Shown here: positions 36,723 to 45,800 of the stretch, in pieces | Position numbering within the stretch: the stretch's first letter is position 1 | How the letters are laid out: every line of letters begins with the position of its first letter | From: Myxococcota bacterium | GTDB lineage: Bacteria; Myxococcota_A; UBA9160; UBA4427 | NCBI GenBank assembly: GCA_965250285.1 | Contig: OZ252299.1 | Span: 4,032,001 to 4,096,000 of the forward strand | DNA length: 64,000 nt | Direction: 5' to 3' | The notes under the pieces: model-generated | What the model was told of the DNA's origin: nothing | What the model saw: only the letters and a program-made list of their open reading frames with translations | Databases searched by the model: none | Made by a program: the position numbers and the translations under genes

Positions 36723-37367
36723 ATGACGACCGCGTCCGACCAGACCCAGGCCGCCCGATCGCGCATTCAAGAGGCCGCGCACCGGCTCTTCGCCGAACGG
36801 GGCCCGGACGAAGTGACCATGGCCGAGGTCGCCCGCGCCGCCGGTGTCGCGCGAGCGACCGTGTTCAACCACTTCGGATCGAAGCGCGCCCTCATCGAGA
36901 GCATGACCGAGGGCGTCCTCGACCTCTATTTCGAGCTGCTGCAGGGGGCGCTGGCCGACGAGGATCGGCCGACGTCGTCGCTGATCCGGCATCTCTTCGT
37001 CGTGATGGGCTTCGGCATCGAATCCGAACGACAGTTCCACCGCGCCGTGTTTCGCCAGATCACCCGGCTCTCGCTCGGCATCGACGAGGGCGGCGCCACC
37101 AACGCCGCCCGCCAACGCAACCAGGATGCGGTCGTCAAGCTGATCGTCCGGGGACAAGAGCGCGGTGACATCACGAAGGCACACGCAGCCGAGACCTTGG
37201 CGGGTGCCTTCGCGAGCCTCGTGACAGGCACCGTGACGCATTGGCTCTACGACGACGACACCCAGCCGCTGCGCGAGCGCATGCGCGACGCTGCCGATGT
37301 GTTCCTGGCCCCGGTCGCCGTCGAGTCTGGGGCGCCGCCGCCCTTCGAAGCGGTGCGGGGCGACTGA
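36723..37367 (+). CDS. TetR/AcrR family transcriptional regulator
   Basis: IQEAAHRLFAERG...VTMAEVARAAGVARATVFNHFGSKRAL. Confidence 0.92.
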   Translation: MTTASDQTQAARSRIQEAAHRLFAERGPDEVTMAEVARAAGVARATVFNHFGSKRALIESMTEGVLDLYFELLQGALADEDRPTSSLIRHLFVVMGFGIESERQFHRAVFRQITRLSLGIDEGGATNAARQRNQDAVVKLIVRGQERGDITKAHAAETLAGAFASLVTGTVTHWLYDDDTQPLRERMRDAADVFLAPVAVESGAPPPFEAVRGD

Positions 37368-37422
37368 CGGGGCACCGCCCGACGCAAGGCCAGCTCCGAC
37401 GCGATCCGAGGAGACTGCACCG

Positions 37423-38202
37423 ATGGCCGAGCACCTCGAACTCTCCGGCAGACGCTTCGACCCTCGCAAGGCGCGCTGGCGCGGACCGCTGTGGCAGGAG
37501 GCGCGTCGGGCGTTCGATGCGCTGATGAACGACCCCGACGATACGCAGAAGGCGCTCGACGTCATGTACGCGCTCGACCCGGGCGCACTGCAGCGCGACT
37601 TCGCGCGCTTCCTCGCCCATCCGAGCGGGCGGCGCCTGTTCGCCGAACGCAGCTCGCTGCGCGAGGCGCTCGCCCCCGAGAAGCTGCGCAGCCTGCCCGA
37701 AGGCTCGCTCGGCCGCGCGTACCTCGCCCACCTCGAGCGCTGGCAGCTCGACACCGAGAAGCTCTTCGAGCTCAACTGGGATCACGAGAGCGCCGCCGAT
37801 GCCGACGAGGGGCTGCGCTGGTACATCGAGCGAAGCGTCTTGCTGCACGACATGTGGCACGTGCTCGCTGGCTACGGCGCGGACGACCTCGGCGAGGCGG
37901 CGCTGCTGCCGTTCAGCCTCGCGCAGCAGGGGGGGCTCGGCCGTGCATTGCTGAGCCTCGGGTCGGTGCTCCAGGCCTGGCGACAAGCCGATCGCGACTG
38001 GCCGCGCGACGTCTTCGCCGCGTGGCAGCAGGGGCGACGCGCCGTCGACCTCGGCTGTGTCCCGTATGAAGAGCTGCTCGCCGAGCCGCTCGACGAAGTG
38101 CGGACCGCCCTCGGCCTGCACCCGCCCGCATCGGTGCACCGCGGCCGCGTGCCCTGCGGCCACGGCTCGGCGCTGCAGCGCCGGCTGCGGCGCGCAGCCT
38201 GA
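37423..38202 (+). CDS. Coq4 family protein
   Basis: LRSLPEGSLGRAY and HDMWHVLAGYGADDLGE (HDxxH-x11-E). Confidence 0.88.
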   Translation: MAEHLELSGRRFDPRKARWRGPLWQEARRAFDALMNDPDDTQKALDVMYALDPGALQRDFARFLAHPSGRRLFAERSSLREALAPEKLRSLPEGSLGRAYLAHLERWQLDTEKLFELNWDHESAADADEGLRWYIERSVLLHDMWHVLAGYGADDLGEAALLPFSLAQQGGLGRALLSLGSVLQAWRQADRDWPRDVFAAWQQGRRAVDLGCVPYEELLAEPLDEVRTALGLHPPASVHRGRVPCGHGSALQRRLRRAA

Positions 38203-38311
38203 CGCGCCGGAGCCGCCTGCCCGCTGATCGCGGCGCGCCTGTGCGCGTCGATGCGCAGTCGTGCGGCGCACTGCTAGCGTCGGCGAGCCCCTCCACGCGT
38301 CGAGATTCGAG

Positions 38312-39274
38312 ATGCCCCGCTTCCCCGAGCCGCCCACGACCGACTACGCCTCGATCTATCTCGAGGATACCGACCGCGCGCTGCCGGAGACGCTGAACCC
38401 GAGCACGCGCTACACGCACTTCACCACGATCGCGCGCGGCGGCAAGTCGATCATCCAATCGTGCCGTGACCGCTATCTCGCGCGGACCATCTGTTACAAG
38501 AAGCTCAAGCCCGAGTTGCGAACGAACGTGACCGAGACGGCTCGCTTCTTGCGCGAGGCCCGCGTCACCGCTGCGCTTCAGCACCCGAGCATCGTGCCGA
38601 CCTACGAGCTCGGTCGCGAGCGCGACGGCACGCTCTACTTCACGATGAAGCTCGTCCACGGGCTCACCATGCGCGAGCTCCTCGACGAGGCGTATCGCGA
38701 ACGGTACGACCTCGTCCAACTCGTCGACGTGCTCATCCACGTCCTGCAGGCGCTCCGGTACGCGCACAGCCATCGCGTCGTCCACCGTGACATCAAGCCC
38801 GAGAACATCCTCGTCGGTCGCTTCGACGAAGTCGTGCTGATGGATTGGGGACTGGCCAAGGTGTGGGCTGAAGACGGTCGAACCGACGACCTCGCGAGCC
38901 AGGAGCCCGTGGACGTCGAGGCCGCGGCCACGACGCTGACCGGGGCTGGCAACGTCGAAGGCACGATCGCCTACATGTCGCCCGAACAGGTGCGCAAAGA
39001 TCCCGAGATCGACTACCGCACCGACATCTACAGCGTCGGGGTCGTCCTCTACGAAGTGCTGGCCCGGCGCGTTCCGTTCGTCGGCGACACGATCGAGCAG
39101 ATGACGCGGCAGATCACCGACGCCCAGCCGCCCAAGCCCTCGTCACTGACGTCGATCCGAATTCCGGGCTGGCTCGAGGCCCTCTCGATGCAGTGCCTCG
39201 CGAAGGATCCCGACGATCGCGTGCAGACCACCGACGAGCTGATCCGACGGCTGATCCAGGGGTTCGAGCGCTAG
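38312..39274 (+). CDS. Hanks-type Ser/Thr protein kinase (soluble)
   Basis: RFLREARVTAALQHPSIVP, HRDIKPEN, DWG, GTIAYMSPEQ, DIYSVG. Confidence 0.93.
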   Translation: MPRFPEPPTTDYASIYLEDTDRALPETLNPSTRYTHFTTIARGGKSIIQSCRDRYLARTICYKKLKPELRTNVTETARFLREARVTAALQHPSIVPTYELGRERDGTLYFTMKLVHGLTMRELLDEAYRERYDLVQLVDVLIHVLQALRYAHSHRVVHRDIKPENILVGRFDEVVLMDWGLAKVWAEDGRTDDLASQEPVDVEAAATTLTGAGNVEGTIAYMSPEQVRKDPEIDYRTDIYSVGVVLYEVLARRVPFVGDTIEQMTRQITDAQPPKPSSLTSIRIPGWLEALSMQCLAKDPDDRVQTTDELIRRLIQGFER

Positions 39275-39415
39275 GCCCGCCCGTGACGTCGCCGGCCCGG
39301 CCGCGCACATGCCCCGCGGCCTGCTACACCCTTCGTGTGAGGCCGCGTGGTCGGGCCCCCGACTCGGGTGCCCAATCGAGCCCCCCCCCGGGGCAAATCG
39401 GGCGTGCTGCGACCC

Positions 39416-39452
39416 TGCCCGCAATCTGGGCAGAGTGCCTTCCAGATGGGCA
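39416..39452. promoter_or_regulatory. Tandem enhancer-binding-protein (NtrC-like) sites
   Basis: TGCCC-N7-GGGCA (39416) and TGCCT-N7-GGGCA (39436), 20 bp apart; similar geometry to NtrC TGCAC-N7-GTGCA. Confidence 0.6.
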
Positions 39453-39490
39453 GATATTCCGCCCAGATGAGCCAGAGTCGTCCCACATTC

Positions 39491-39507
39491 TGGGCACGGT
39501 TGCTGCA
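39491..39507 (+). promoter_or_regulatory. Sigma54 (-24/-12) promoter
   Basis: TGGGCACGGTTGCTGCA = GG-N10-GC, about 60 nt upstream of glutamine synthetase. Confidence 0.75.
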
Positions 39508-39566
39508 ATATAAGCCGACTTCACAGCACGACTTTCACACCCCCATTCGCAGGAGCAACGAGAACC

Positions 39567-40583
39567 ATGAAGAGCAAGCTGGAGTACATCTGGCTCGACG
39601 GCTACGAGCCGACGCAGTCCTTGCGCAGCAAGACGCGCGTCGAATCGGATTTCTCGGGCAAGCTCGAGGATTGTCCGATGTGGTCGTTCGACGGCAGCTC
39701 GACCGAGCAGGCCGACGGCAGCGACAGTGACTGCCTCCTCAAGCCCGTCGCCATCTTTCCCGACCCCGATCGCAAGGACGCGTACCTCGTCATGACCGAG
39801 GTCCTCAACGCCGACGGTTCGCCGCATTCGTCGAACGGCCGCGCCACGATCGACGAAGACGACGACGACGACGACTTCTGGTTCGGCTTCGAGCAGGAGT
39901 ACTTCCTGTGGGATCCGGATACGGACAAGCCCCCGGGATTCCCCCGCGCCGGCTTCCCCCGAGCCCAGGGCCCGTACTACTGCTCGGTGGGCGCCAACAA
40001 CGCCTACGGCCGCGAGATCATCGAAGAGCACTTCGACCTCTGCCTCGAAGCCGGCATCAACGTCGAAGGCATCAACGCCGAAGTGGCGGCCGGTCAGTGG
40101 GAGTACCAGGTGTTCGCGAAGGGCGCGAAGAAGGCGGGCGACGAGACCTGGGTCTCGCGCTACCTGCTCGAGCGCACGTCCGAGAAGTACGGCATCGCGA
40201 TCGAGTGGCACCCGAAGCCCCTCGGTGCGACCGACTGGAACGGCTCGGGCATGCACGCCAACTTCTCGAACAAGGTGATGCGTGAGTCGGGTCAGGAAGA
40301 CACCTTCAACAAGATCTGTGAGCAGTTCGGCAAGAACATCGATCGCCACATCTCGGTCTACGGTGCGGACAACGATCAGCGCCTGACCGGTGCTCACGAG
40401 ACCCAGTCGATCGACCAGTTCAGCTACGGCGTTTCGGACCGTGGCGCGTCGATCCGCATCCCGGTCGGGACCGTCGAGGATGGCTGGAAGGGTCGTCTCG
40501 AGGATCGCCGGCCGGCGTCGAACGCCTGCCCGTACAAGGTGGCGGCCGCCATCGTGAAGACCACGAAGGAGGCCGGCGTCTGA
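39567..40583 (+). CDS. glnII: Glutamine synthetase type II
   Basis: 338 aa; EYIWLDG, LRSKT, WSFDGSST, WFGFEQEY, QGPYYC, INAEV, DWNGSGMHANFS, RLTGAHET, EDRRPASN. Confidence 0.92.
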   Translation: MKSKLEYIWLDGYEPTQSLRSKTRVESDFSGKLEDCPMWSFDGSSTEQADGSDSDCLLKPVAIFPDPDRKDAYLVMTEVLNADGSPHSSNGRATIDEDDDDDDFWFGFEQEYFLWDPDTDKPPGFPRAGFPRAQGPYYCSVGANNAYGREIIEEHFDLCLEAGINVEGINAEVAAGQWEYQVFAKGAKKAGDETWVSRYLLERTSEKYGIAIEWHPKPLGATDWNGSGMHANFSNKVMRESGQEDTFNKICEQFGKNIDRHISVYGADNDQRLTGAHETQSIDQFSYGVSDRGASIRIPVGTVEDGWKGRLEDRRPASNACPYKVAAAIVKTTKEAGV

Positions 40584-40613
40584 TCCCAGACGCTTGCTTT
40601 CGAGCGAGTCCCG

Positions 40614-40650
40614 GAGCCGGGGTTGGACTGTGTCCGACCCCGGCTCTTTC
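40614..40650 (+). terminator. Intrinsic terminator
   Basis: GAGCCGGGGTTGGA / TCCGACCCCGGCTC stem followed by TTTC. Confidence 0.75.
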
Positions 40651-40664
40651 GTTCTCTCGAGCCG

Positions 40665-41222
40665 CTACCAGCGCTTCTTCTTGCCCTTGTGGCGCGTTCC
40701 GCCGCCGCCCTCGTGGCTGATCTCGAGGGCCAGCTCGGCTACGGCGCGGGCGGCCTCGTGGATCGTCGCGTAGCCGTCTTCTTCGAGCCGCTGCTTCGCC
40801 GCGCGTAGATCGTCGGGCTTGAAGCTCGTATTGACGCGGGGGCGGAGTGAGAACAGGTGCCCCATGTGCACCTCGCTGGCGCTGATCGGTCCCACGCTCT
40901 TCGGCCGGGCGGGCGCCGTTGCGGCGGCGGCCACCGGCTGCGCGGACGACGGCTCGGACGTCTCCTTCGGGGGGGCCTGTTTCGGCGCCGCCTTCGAGGC
41001 GGCGGCCTTCTCGGCGGCCGGCTTCTTGGGCGCCGACTTCTTGGCTGCTGCGCTCTTCTTGGCCGCGGCCTTCTTGCCCGCAGCCTTCTTCGCAGCGGGC
41101 TTCTTCGCGGTGGCTTTCTTCGCCGTCGATTTCTTCGCGGTCGTCTTCTTCGCGGTCGTCTTCTTCGCGGTCGTCTTCTTCGAAGCCGACTTCTTCGAAC
41201 CCGACTTCTTCTTGGCAGCCAT
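40665..41222 (-). CDS. Histone H1-like Lys/Ala-rich protein with small C-terminal domain
   Basis: MAAKKKSGSKK then repeated KKxxA pentapeptides; globular HLFSLRPRVNTSF tail. Confidence 0.8.
   Translation of the reverse strand: MAAKKKSGSKKSASKKTTAKKTTAKKTTAKKSTAKKATAKKPAAKKAAGKKAAAKKSAAAKKSAPKKPAAEKAAASKAAPKQAPPKETSEPSSAQPVAAAATAPARPKSVGPISASEVHMGHLFSLRPRVNTSFKPDDLRAAKQRLEEDGYATIHEAARAVAELALEISHEGGGGTRHKGKKKRW
41136..41180. repeat. 3 x 15-nt perfect tandem repeat (KKTTA)
   Basis: CGCGGTCGTCTTCTT x3 with degenerate copies on both sides. Confidence 0.9.
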
Positions 41223-41452
41223 CGTCACCCCCCAGCGACCGGGCGTCCGCGTGCGTGGCCCGCTCGACTGGATCGAGCGTGACCGCGGAGGCCTCCCGGC
41301 TCGCACGATACGGCAGATCGACTCACGCGTCGGGGGGACGGCCACGCCATGGGTGATTGCCCCCGGATCCCGCCGGACGAGGCGGTAGACTCCACCGAAG
41401 CGCGCGGGCCGACCCAGCCAGGGGCGGCCGCCGCGCCTCGTGGAGAACATCG

Positions 41453-42343
41453 ATGGAACGACTGGATGGGCGTGTGGCCGTCGTCACGGGCGGCGCGAGC
41501 GGCATCGGGCGGGGCATGGGGGAGGCCTTCGTCGCCAAAGGCATGAAGCTCGTGATCGCCGACGTCGAGATCGCCGCACTCGAGCAGACCGTGAGCGAGA
41601 TGAAGACGGCCGGGCACGACGTCACGGGCGTGCGCTGCGACGTGACCGATCCGACCTCGGTCGACGCACTCGCGCAGGCGACCCTCGACGCGTACGGCGC
41701 CGTTCACGTGCTCTGCAACAACGCGGGCGTGGCCGGCGAGACCGGCCCCACGTGGGAGCGCTCGATCGAAGACTGGGACTGGTTGATGGGCGTGAACCTG
41801 CGCGGCGTACTGCACGGGATCCGCAGCTTCGTGCCGATCATGATCGAGCAGGGCGATGAAGGGCACATCGTCAACACCGCATCGATGGCCGGGCTCATGC
41901 CGGGGGGCGGCACGTACGGCGTCAGCAAGTCGGCGTGCGTCGCGCTCTCGGAGAGCCTCTTCGGCGAGCTCAGCGGCGCGGCCCCGAAGATCGGTGTCTC
42001 GGTGCTCTGCCCCGGCTGGGTGAAGACGCGCATTCTCGAGTCGGAGCGCAACCGACCCGAGGCGCCCCGCAAACCCACGGGGCCAACAGACCCGCTCGTC
42101 GAGCGGTTGCGCGGCGTGGCCACCCAGGCTGTTGCAGACGGCCTCGACCCGCGACGCGTGGGCGACATCGTCGTCGACGCAATCACTTCACGGCGCTTCT
42201 ACATCCTCACCCACGACTGGCAGGACATGATCGAGCACTACATGCATCTCGTGATCGACGGCAAGGATCCGGTCGGCAAGCCACCGCCGGGCTTCAGCCC
42301 GGCCGAGATCATGGCCGCGCTCGGAGGATCGAATGACGGATGA
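41453..42343 (+). CDS. Short-chain dehydrogenase/reductase
   Basis: TGGASGIG, NNAGV, NTAS, YGVSK. Confidence 0.93.
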   Translation: MERLDGRVAVVTGGASGIGRGMGEAFVAKGMKLVIADVEIAALEQTVSEMKTAGHDVTGVRCDVTDPTSVDALAQATLDAYGAVHVLCNNAGVAGETGPTWERSIEDWDWLMGVNLRGVLHGIRSFVPIMIEQGDEGHIVNTASMAGLMPGGGTYGVSKSACVALSESLFGELSGAAPKIGVSVLCPGWVKTRILESERNRPEAPRKPTGPTDPLVERLRGVATQAVADGLDPRRVGDIVVDAITSRRFYILTHDWQDMIEHYMHLVIDGKDPVGKPPPGFSPAEIMAALGGSNDG

Positions 42344-43205
42344 GGTTCGATACGAAGAGAAGGGATCGATCGCGATCATCGCGCTCAACCGCCCCGACAA
42401 GCTGAACACCCTGACCGAAGGCGTCGTCGCCGGCCTGGCGGACGGCATCGATCGCGCGACCCGGGCGCGCGAGGTGAGGGCCATCGTGCTGCGCGGCGAG
42501 GGTCGCGTGTTCACGGCGGGCTACGACCTCGTGGCCTCGGGCGCCGGCGGCTGGGGCAGTCCCTACGACGCGCCCGGGCCCGAGCCGCGCGAGGGCGCGT
42601 GGGATCCCGTCCGCGACTACCAGTTCATGAACCGAAACGTCGAACGCTTCATGAAGATCTGGCACTGCCCCAAGCCCGTCATCGGTCAGATCCACGGCTT
42701 CGCCGTGGGCGGGGCCACCGACATGGTGTTGTGCTCCGACCAGCTCTTCATGGCCGAAGACGCGTTCATCGGCTACGCGCCGTCGCGCATCTTCGGAACG
42801 CCGACCACGATGATGTGGGTGTACCGGCTCGGGCTCGAGCACGCGAAGCAGTTCTTGCTCTCGGGCGAGGCGATCGATGCCGAGACGGCGCTGCGCATCG
42901 GACTCGTATCGAAGGTCTATCCCGCCGATGAGCTGCCCGCCCGCGTCGAGGAGCACGCCGAACGCTTCAAGCACATCCCGGGCAATCAGCTCGCGCTGAA
43001 CAAGATGCTGATCAACCAGGCCTACGAGAACATGGGCCTGCGCACGACACAGATGCTCGGCACGTTCTTCGACGGGGTCACGCGCCACACCGAGGAGGCC
43101 TACCGCTGGGCCGAGTCGTTCCGCGAGAAGGGCTTTCGCGAGGTCATTCGCGAGCGCGACGCGCCTTGGGGCGACTACGGCGAGCGACCGCGCGAGAAGG
43201 ACTAG
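42333..43205 (+). CDS. Enoyl-CoA hydratase/isomerase (crotonase) family
   Basis: LNRPDKLN, FTAGYDL, PKPVIGQIHGFAVGGA, ALRIGLVSKV. Confidence 0.92.
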   Translation: MTDEVRYEEKGSIAIIALNRPDKLNTLTEGVVAGLADGIDRATRAREVRAIVLRGEGRVFTAGYDLVASGAGGWGSPYDAPGPEPREGAWDPVRDYQFMNRNVERFMKIWHCPKPVIGQIHGFAVGGATDMVLCSDQLFMAEDAFIGYAPSRIFGTPTTMMWVYRLGLEHAKQFLLSGEAIDAETALRIGLVSKVYPADELPARVEEHAERFKHIPGNQLALNKMLINQAYENMGLRTTQMLGTFFDGVTRHTEEAYRWAESFREKGFREVIRERDAPWGDYGERPREKD

Positions 43206-43370
43206 GAAGTGTCTGCAGAACTCACTTCACGCACGCCAGAACACCGCTGAGGGTGAACTCGATGGCCAATCGGCAGACGTTGCAGGGGAGGCTCGGAAGC
43301 GGAGGGGCACGGCGACGCGCCGCGAGCGCTTCCCGGCCGCGAGCGCTGCGCTCCAACCGAAGCGTCCCGA

Positions 43371-43488
43371 GGCCGGGGCAGGCGGGGGGACCGCGCGCAG
43401 TTCGCAGGCGCGACGTGCGCAACACCCGAGCTTCCCGGGTGGATCGCGCCGAGAATGTCTGAGCACGGTCCCCCCGCCTGCCCCGGCC
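43371..43488. repeat. 23-bp perfect inverted repeat in a gene-free convergent spacer (MITE/REP-like)
   Basis: GGCCGGGGCAGGCGGGGGGACCG at 43371-43393, exact reverse complement at 43466-43488. Confidence 0.85.
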
Positions 43489-43527
43489 CTGGCACGCCGG
43501 ACTGTGCAGAGGTTCCCTGGCCGCCGC

Positions 43528-44442
43528 TCAGCCGAGCCCGTCGCGCACCTCGGGCCAGCGAGCGAGGAATCGCTCGCCATCGGCGCGACCCATGTCGAAC
43601 GTCTGCTGCACGCCTTCGGGGTTGGTGTAGTCCCACTGCGTGATCGGGATGTCACCAGAGGGCTGCACGTAGGTGCGGTTCGCCCCCTCGGTTCGGTTCG
43701 TCGGGCCATGGGGAAAGCTCAGCAGGATGAGCGCCGGGCCATGCCGGTCGACGAGCGACGCGGGTGCGTTGTCGACCACACCGCCGTCGACGACCGGCCT
43801 TCCGCCGCGTCGGTAGTACGGCATGATCGGTGGCACACACGACGAGTGCAGAATCAGCTCGACGAGCTGTTCTGGCGACTCGCATTCGCGCGCCGATACG
43901 AGCTTGGGGCTGAACCCGAGGCGCGTGCCCCAGCGCGCATGCACCAGTCGCTCGCGCTGGTTCAGCATGGTCGCGACCACGCCGAGCGCGAGCGCCCGAC
44001 GCGCCCCGAGCATGCGATGGGGGTGCGCGATCAGCGCACTGAACTCCTGTGTCTCCTGCAGATGTCGCAGGTCTTCGGGGCCGATGTGGTCGCGCAGGAC
44101 GCCGCCATAGATCCGCTCGTGGGGAAACGCGCGCTCGCCCGCCTCGCGCTCGCGGCGTCGCAGGTAGTTGCTCGGGTTCAAGTCGACGCGCACCTTGAAG
44201 TCGGCGAGCACCTCGTCGATGCGACCGAGGGCCGCGGCAACGGCGAAGGCCGCTCCGGCGCTGACGCCTACGAAACGCTCCGGGGCCAGCCCGATCTCGG
44301 GCGCCACCACCTGCCAGAAGCCGATCTGCCAGAAGCAGCGACAGCCGCCGCCCGCGAACACGGCCGACCGGTAGGGCGCGACGGCATCGCCACCCCGCTC
44401 GGCGGGTGAATCGCTCGGCTGCGGTTCGATCGCGTCACTCAT
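43528..44442 (-). CDS. Patatin-like phospholipase
   Basis: FAGGGCR, GVSAG, VDGG. Confidence 0.88.
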   Translation of the reverse strand: MSDAIEPQPSDSPAERGGDAVAPYRSAVFAGGGCRCFWQIGFWQVVAPEIGLAPERFVGVSAGAAFAVAAALGRIDEVLADFKVRVDLNPSNYLRRREREAGERAFPHERIYGGVLRDHIGPEDLRHLQETQEFSALIAHPHRMLGARRALALGVVATMLNQRERLVHARWGTRLGFSPKLVSARECESPEQLVELILHSSCVPPIMPYYRRGGRPVVDGGVVDNAPASLVDRHGPALILLSFPHGPTNRTEGANRTYVQPSGDIPITQWDYTNPEGVQQTFDMGRADGERFLARWPEVRDGLG

Positions 44443-44509
44443 CGACACCACCCGATCCGCGGGTCGCCCGCATCGCCTGCGCGACACCGGGTCGAGGCTC
44501 TTCGGTCCA

Positions 44510-45400
44510 TCAAGCGGGGACCTCCCCCTCGATCATGTAGCGCCAGAAACGTCGCGGCTCACCCTTGGCGAAGTCGCCCTTCGCCTTGTGCTGCACCGAC
44601 GCATTGTCCCACACGAGCACGTCGTGGTCGTGCCAGCGGTGCTCACACGCGGGCGCGTCGGCCTCGGCGCGGTCCTGGAGCGATTGAAGGAGCGCGCGTC
44701 CCTCGGCCTCGTCGAGCTCGCGCACGCACTTCGCGCGATCGAGATCGATGAACAGCGCCCGCGTCCCTGCGACGGCGTGCGTTCGTACGAGGGGATGTTC
44801 GACGTCGACGAGCACCTCACCCTCACCGCGACAGGCGCGACGCGGCGGAAACGCATCTTCGTTGTTGAAGCCGTAGACGACATGCAGACCGTCGATGCGC
44901 TCACGAGTCGCCGCGTCGAGCCCCTCGTAGGCCGCGCGCATGTCGAGAAAGCACGTGGCGCCTCCGCCACTCGGAGGCAGGGCCCGTGCATGCAGCACGG
45001 TCGCGCGCGCCGGACGCTCGGTGTACGAGTCATCGCTGTGAAACGTCTCGAAGAGGCCGGGGCGATCGTCATCGAGCCCGCCGAACGAGAGATCGCCGAG
45101 CTTCTCGCGGAGCACATCGGTCAGCACGAAGCCGGCATCGATCACCTGACGCGGCTCGCTGTAGCGGTGGGTTCCACCGTCCTTCGTGCGGCCGACCGGA
45201 TCCTTGATCTCGCCGAAGAGGCGGGCGACGTGCTGCAGCTCTGCGTCTTCGAGCGCGCGAGACAGGCGCAGACACAGCACCCCCACGCGCGCGAGAAGCG
45301 CCTGAAGCTGTCCGGCGTGCTCGGCCGTCGGCGCGGTCGCGTCGAGGCCGCGCACCTCGGCGACACCGAACCCGGGCTCGTCTTCGCGAACTTCGAGCAC
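44510..45400 (-). CDS. TauD/TfdA family 2OG-Fe(II) dioxygenase
   Basis: FHSDDSY, GGATCFLDMRAAY, HPLVRTH, VWDNASVQH; GTG start after GGGAG. Confidence 0.9.
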   Translation of the reverse strand: MLEVREDEPGFGVAEVRGLDATAPTAEHAGQLQALLARVGVLCLRLSRALEDAELQHVARLFGEIKDPVGRTKDGGTHRYSEPRQVIDAGFVLTDVLREKLGDLSFGGLDDDRPGLFETFHSDDSYTERPARATVLHARALPPSGGGATCFLDMRAAYEGLDAATRERIDGLHVVYGFNNEDAFPPRRACRGEGEVLVDVEHPLVRTHAVAGTRALFIDLDRAKCVRELDEAEGRALLQSLQDRAEADAPACEHRWHDHDVLVWDNASVQHKAKGDFAKGEPRRFWRYMIEGEVPA

Positions 45401-45800
45401 CGTCGTCTCCCTCGAATCCACTTCAGTGCGATGCACCGCCGGCGCCCCGCGTCGCGGGGCGACGGCCTCGATCGCGACCCTCGAGTGTCGCCGAATCGAG
45501 CCACGCTTTCCCCGTGTGCACGGCGGTGCCCGCCGCGGCGCGCGGCCCCCGCTGCACGGGGCGGCCATCCGCCGCTCGCGGAGGCCGCCCGCGCGCGGCC
45601 AACGGGGACGGCGCGTGGCCCCGCGCCCGCGGGTCGTCGCAGGCGGCCCAAGAGCATGGGAATTCTTCCCGTTTCGAGTTCAAAACCGCGATGCGCTATG
45701 AGAAGATGAGCAAGCCGGGTGGATTCCCCTTCGAATTTGTCCGGACTTGCCGACTTGAATTGCCCTGGCCTGCCCTCGTCGACTGCCCGAGCCGTTCCAC

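Noticed and set aside
39381..39389. Poly-C9 tract upstream of glnII
   Set aside because: Lies upstream of both enhancer sites and the promoter, so length change has no evident effect
39858..39875. (GAC)6 run in glnII as a phase-variable repeat
   Set aside because: In-frame triplet in an acidic loop; slippage would not switch expression
41030..41210. Periodic repeats as a possible CRISPR array
   Set aside because: 15-nt coding tandem repeats without spacers; no cas genes in the window
40819..41388. Phe/Ala-rich hydrophobic ORF resembling a membrane protein
   Set aside because: Reverse complement of the Lys/Ala histone-like repeat
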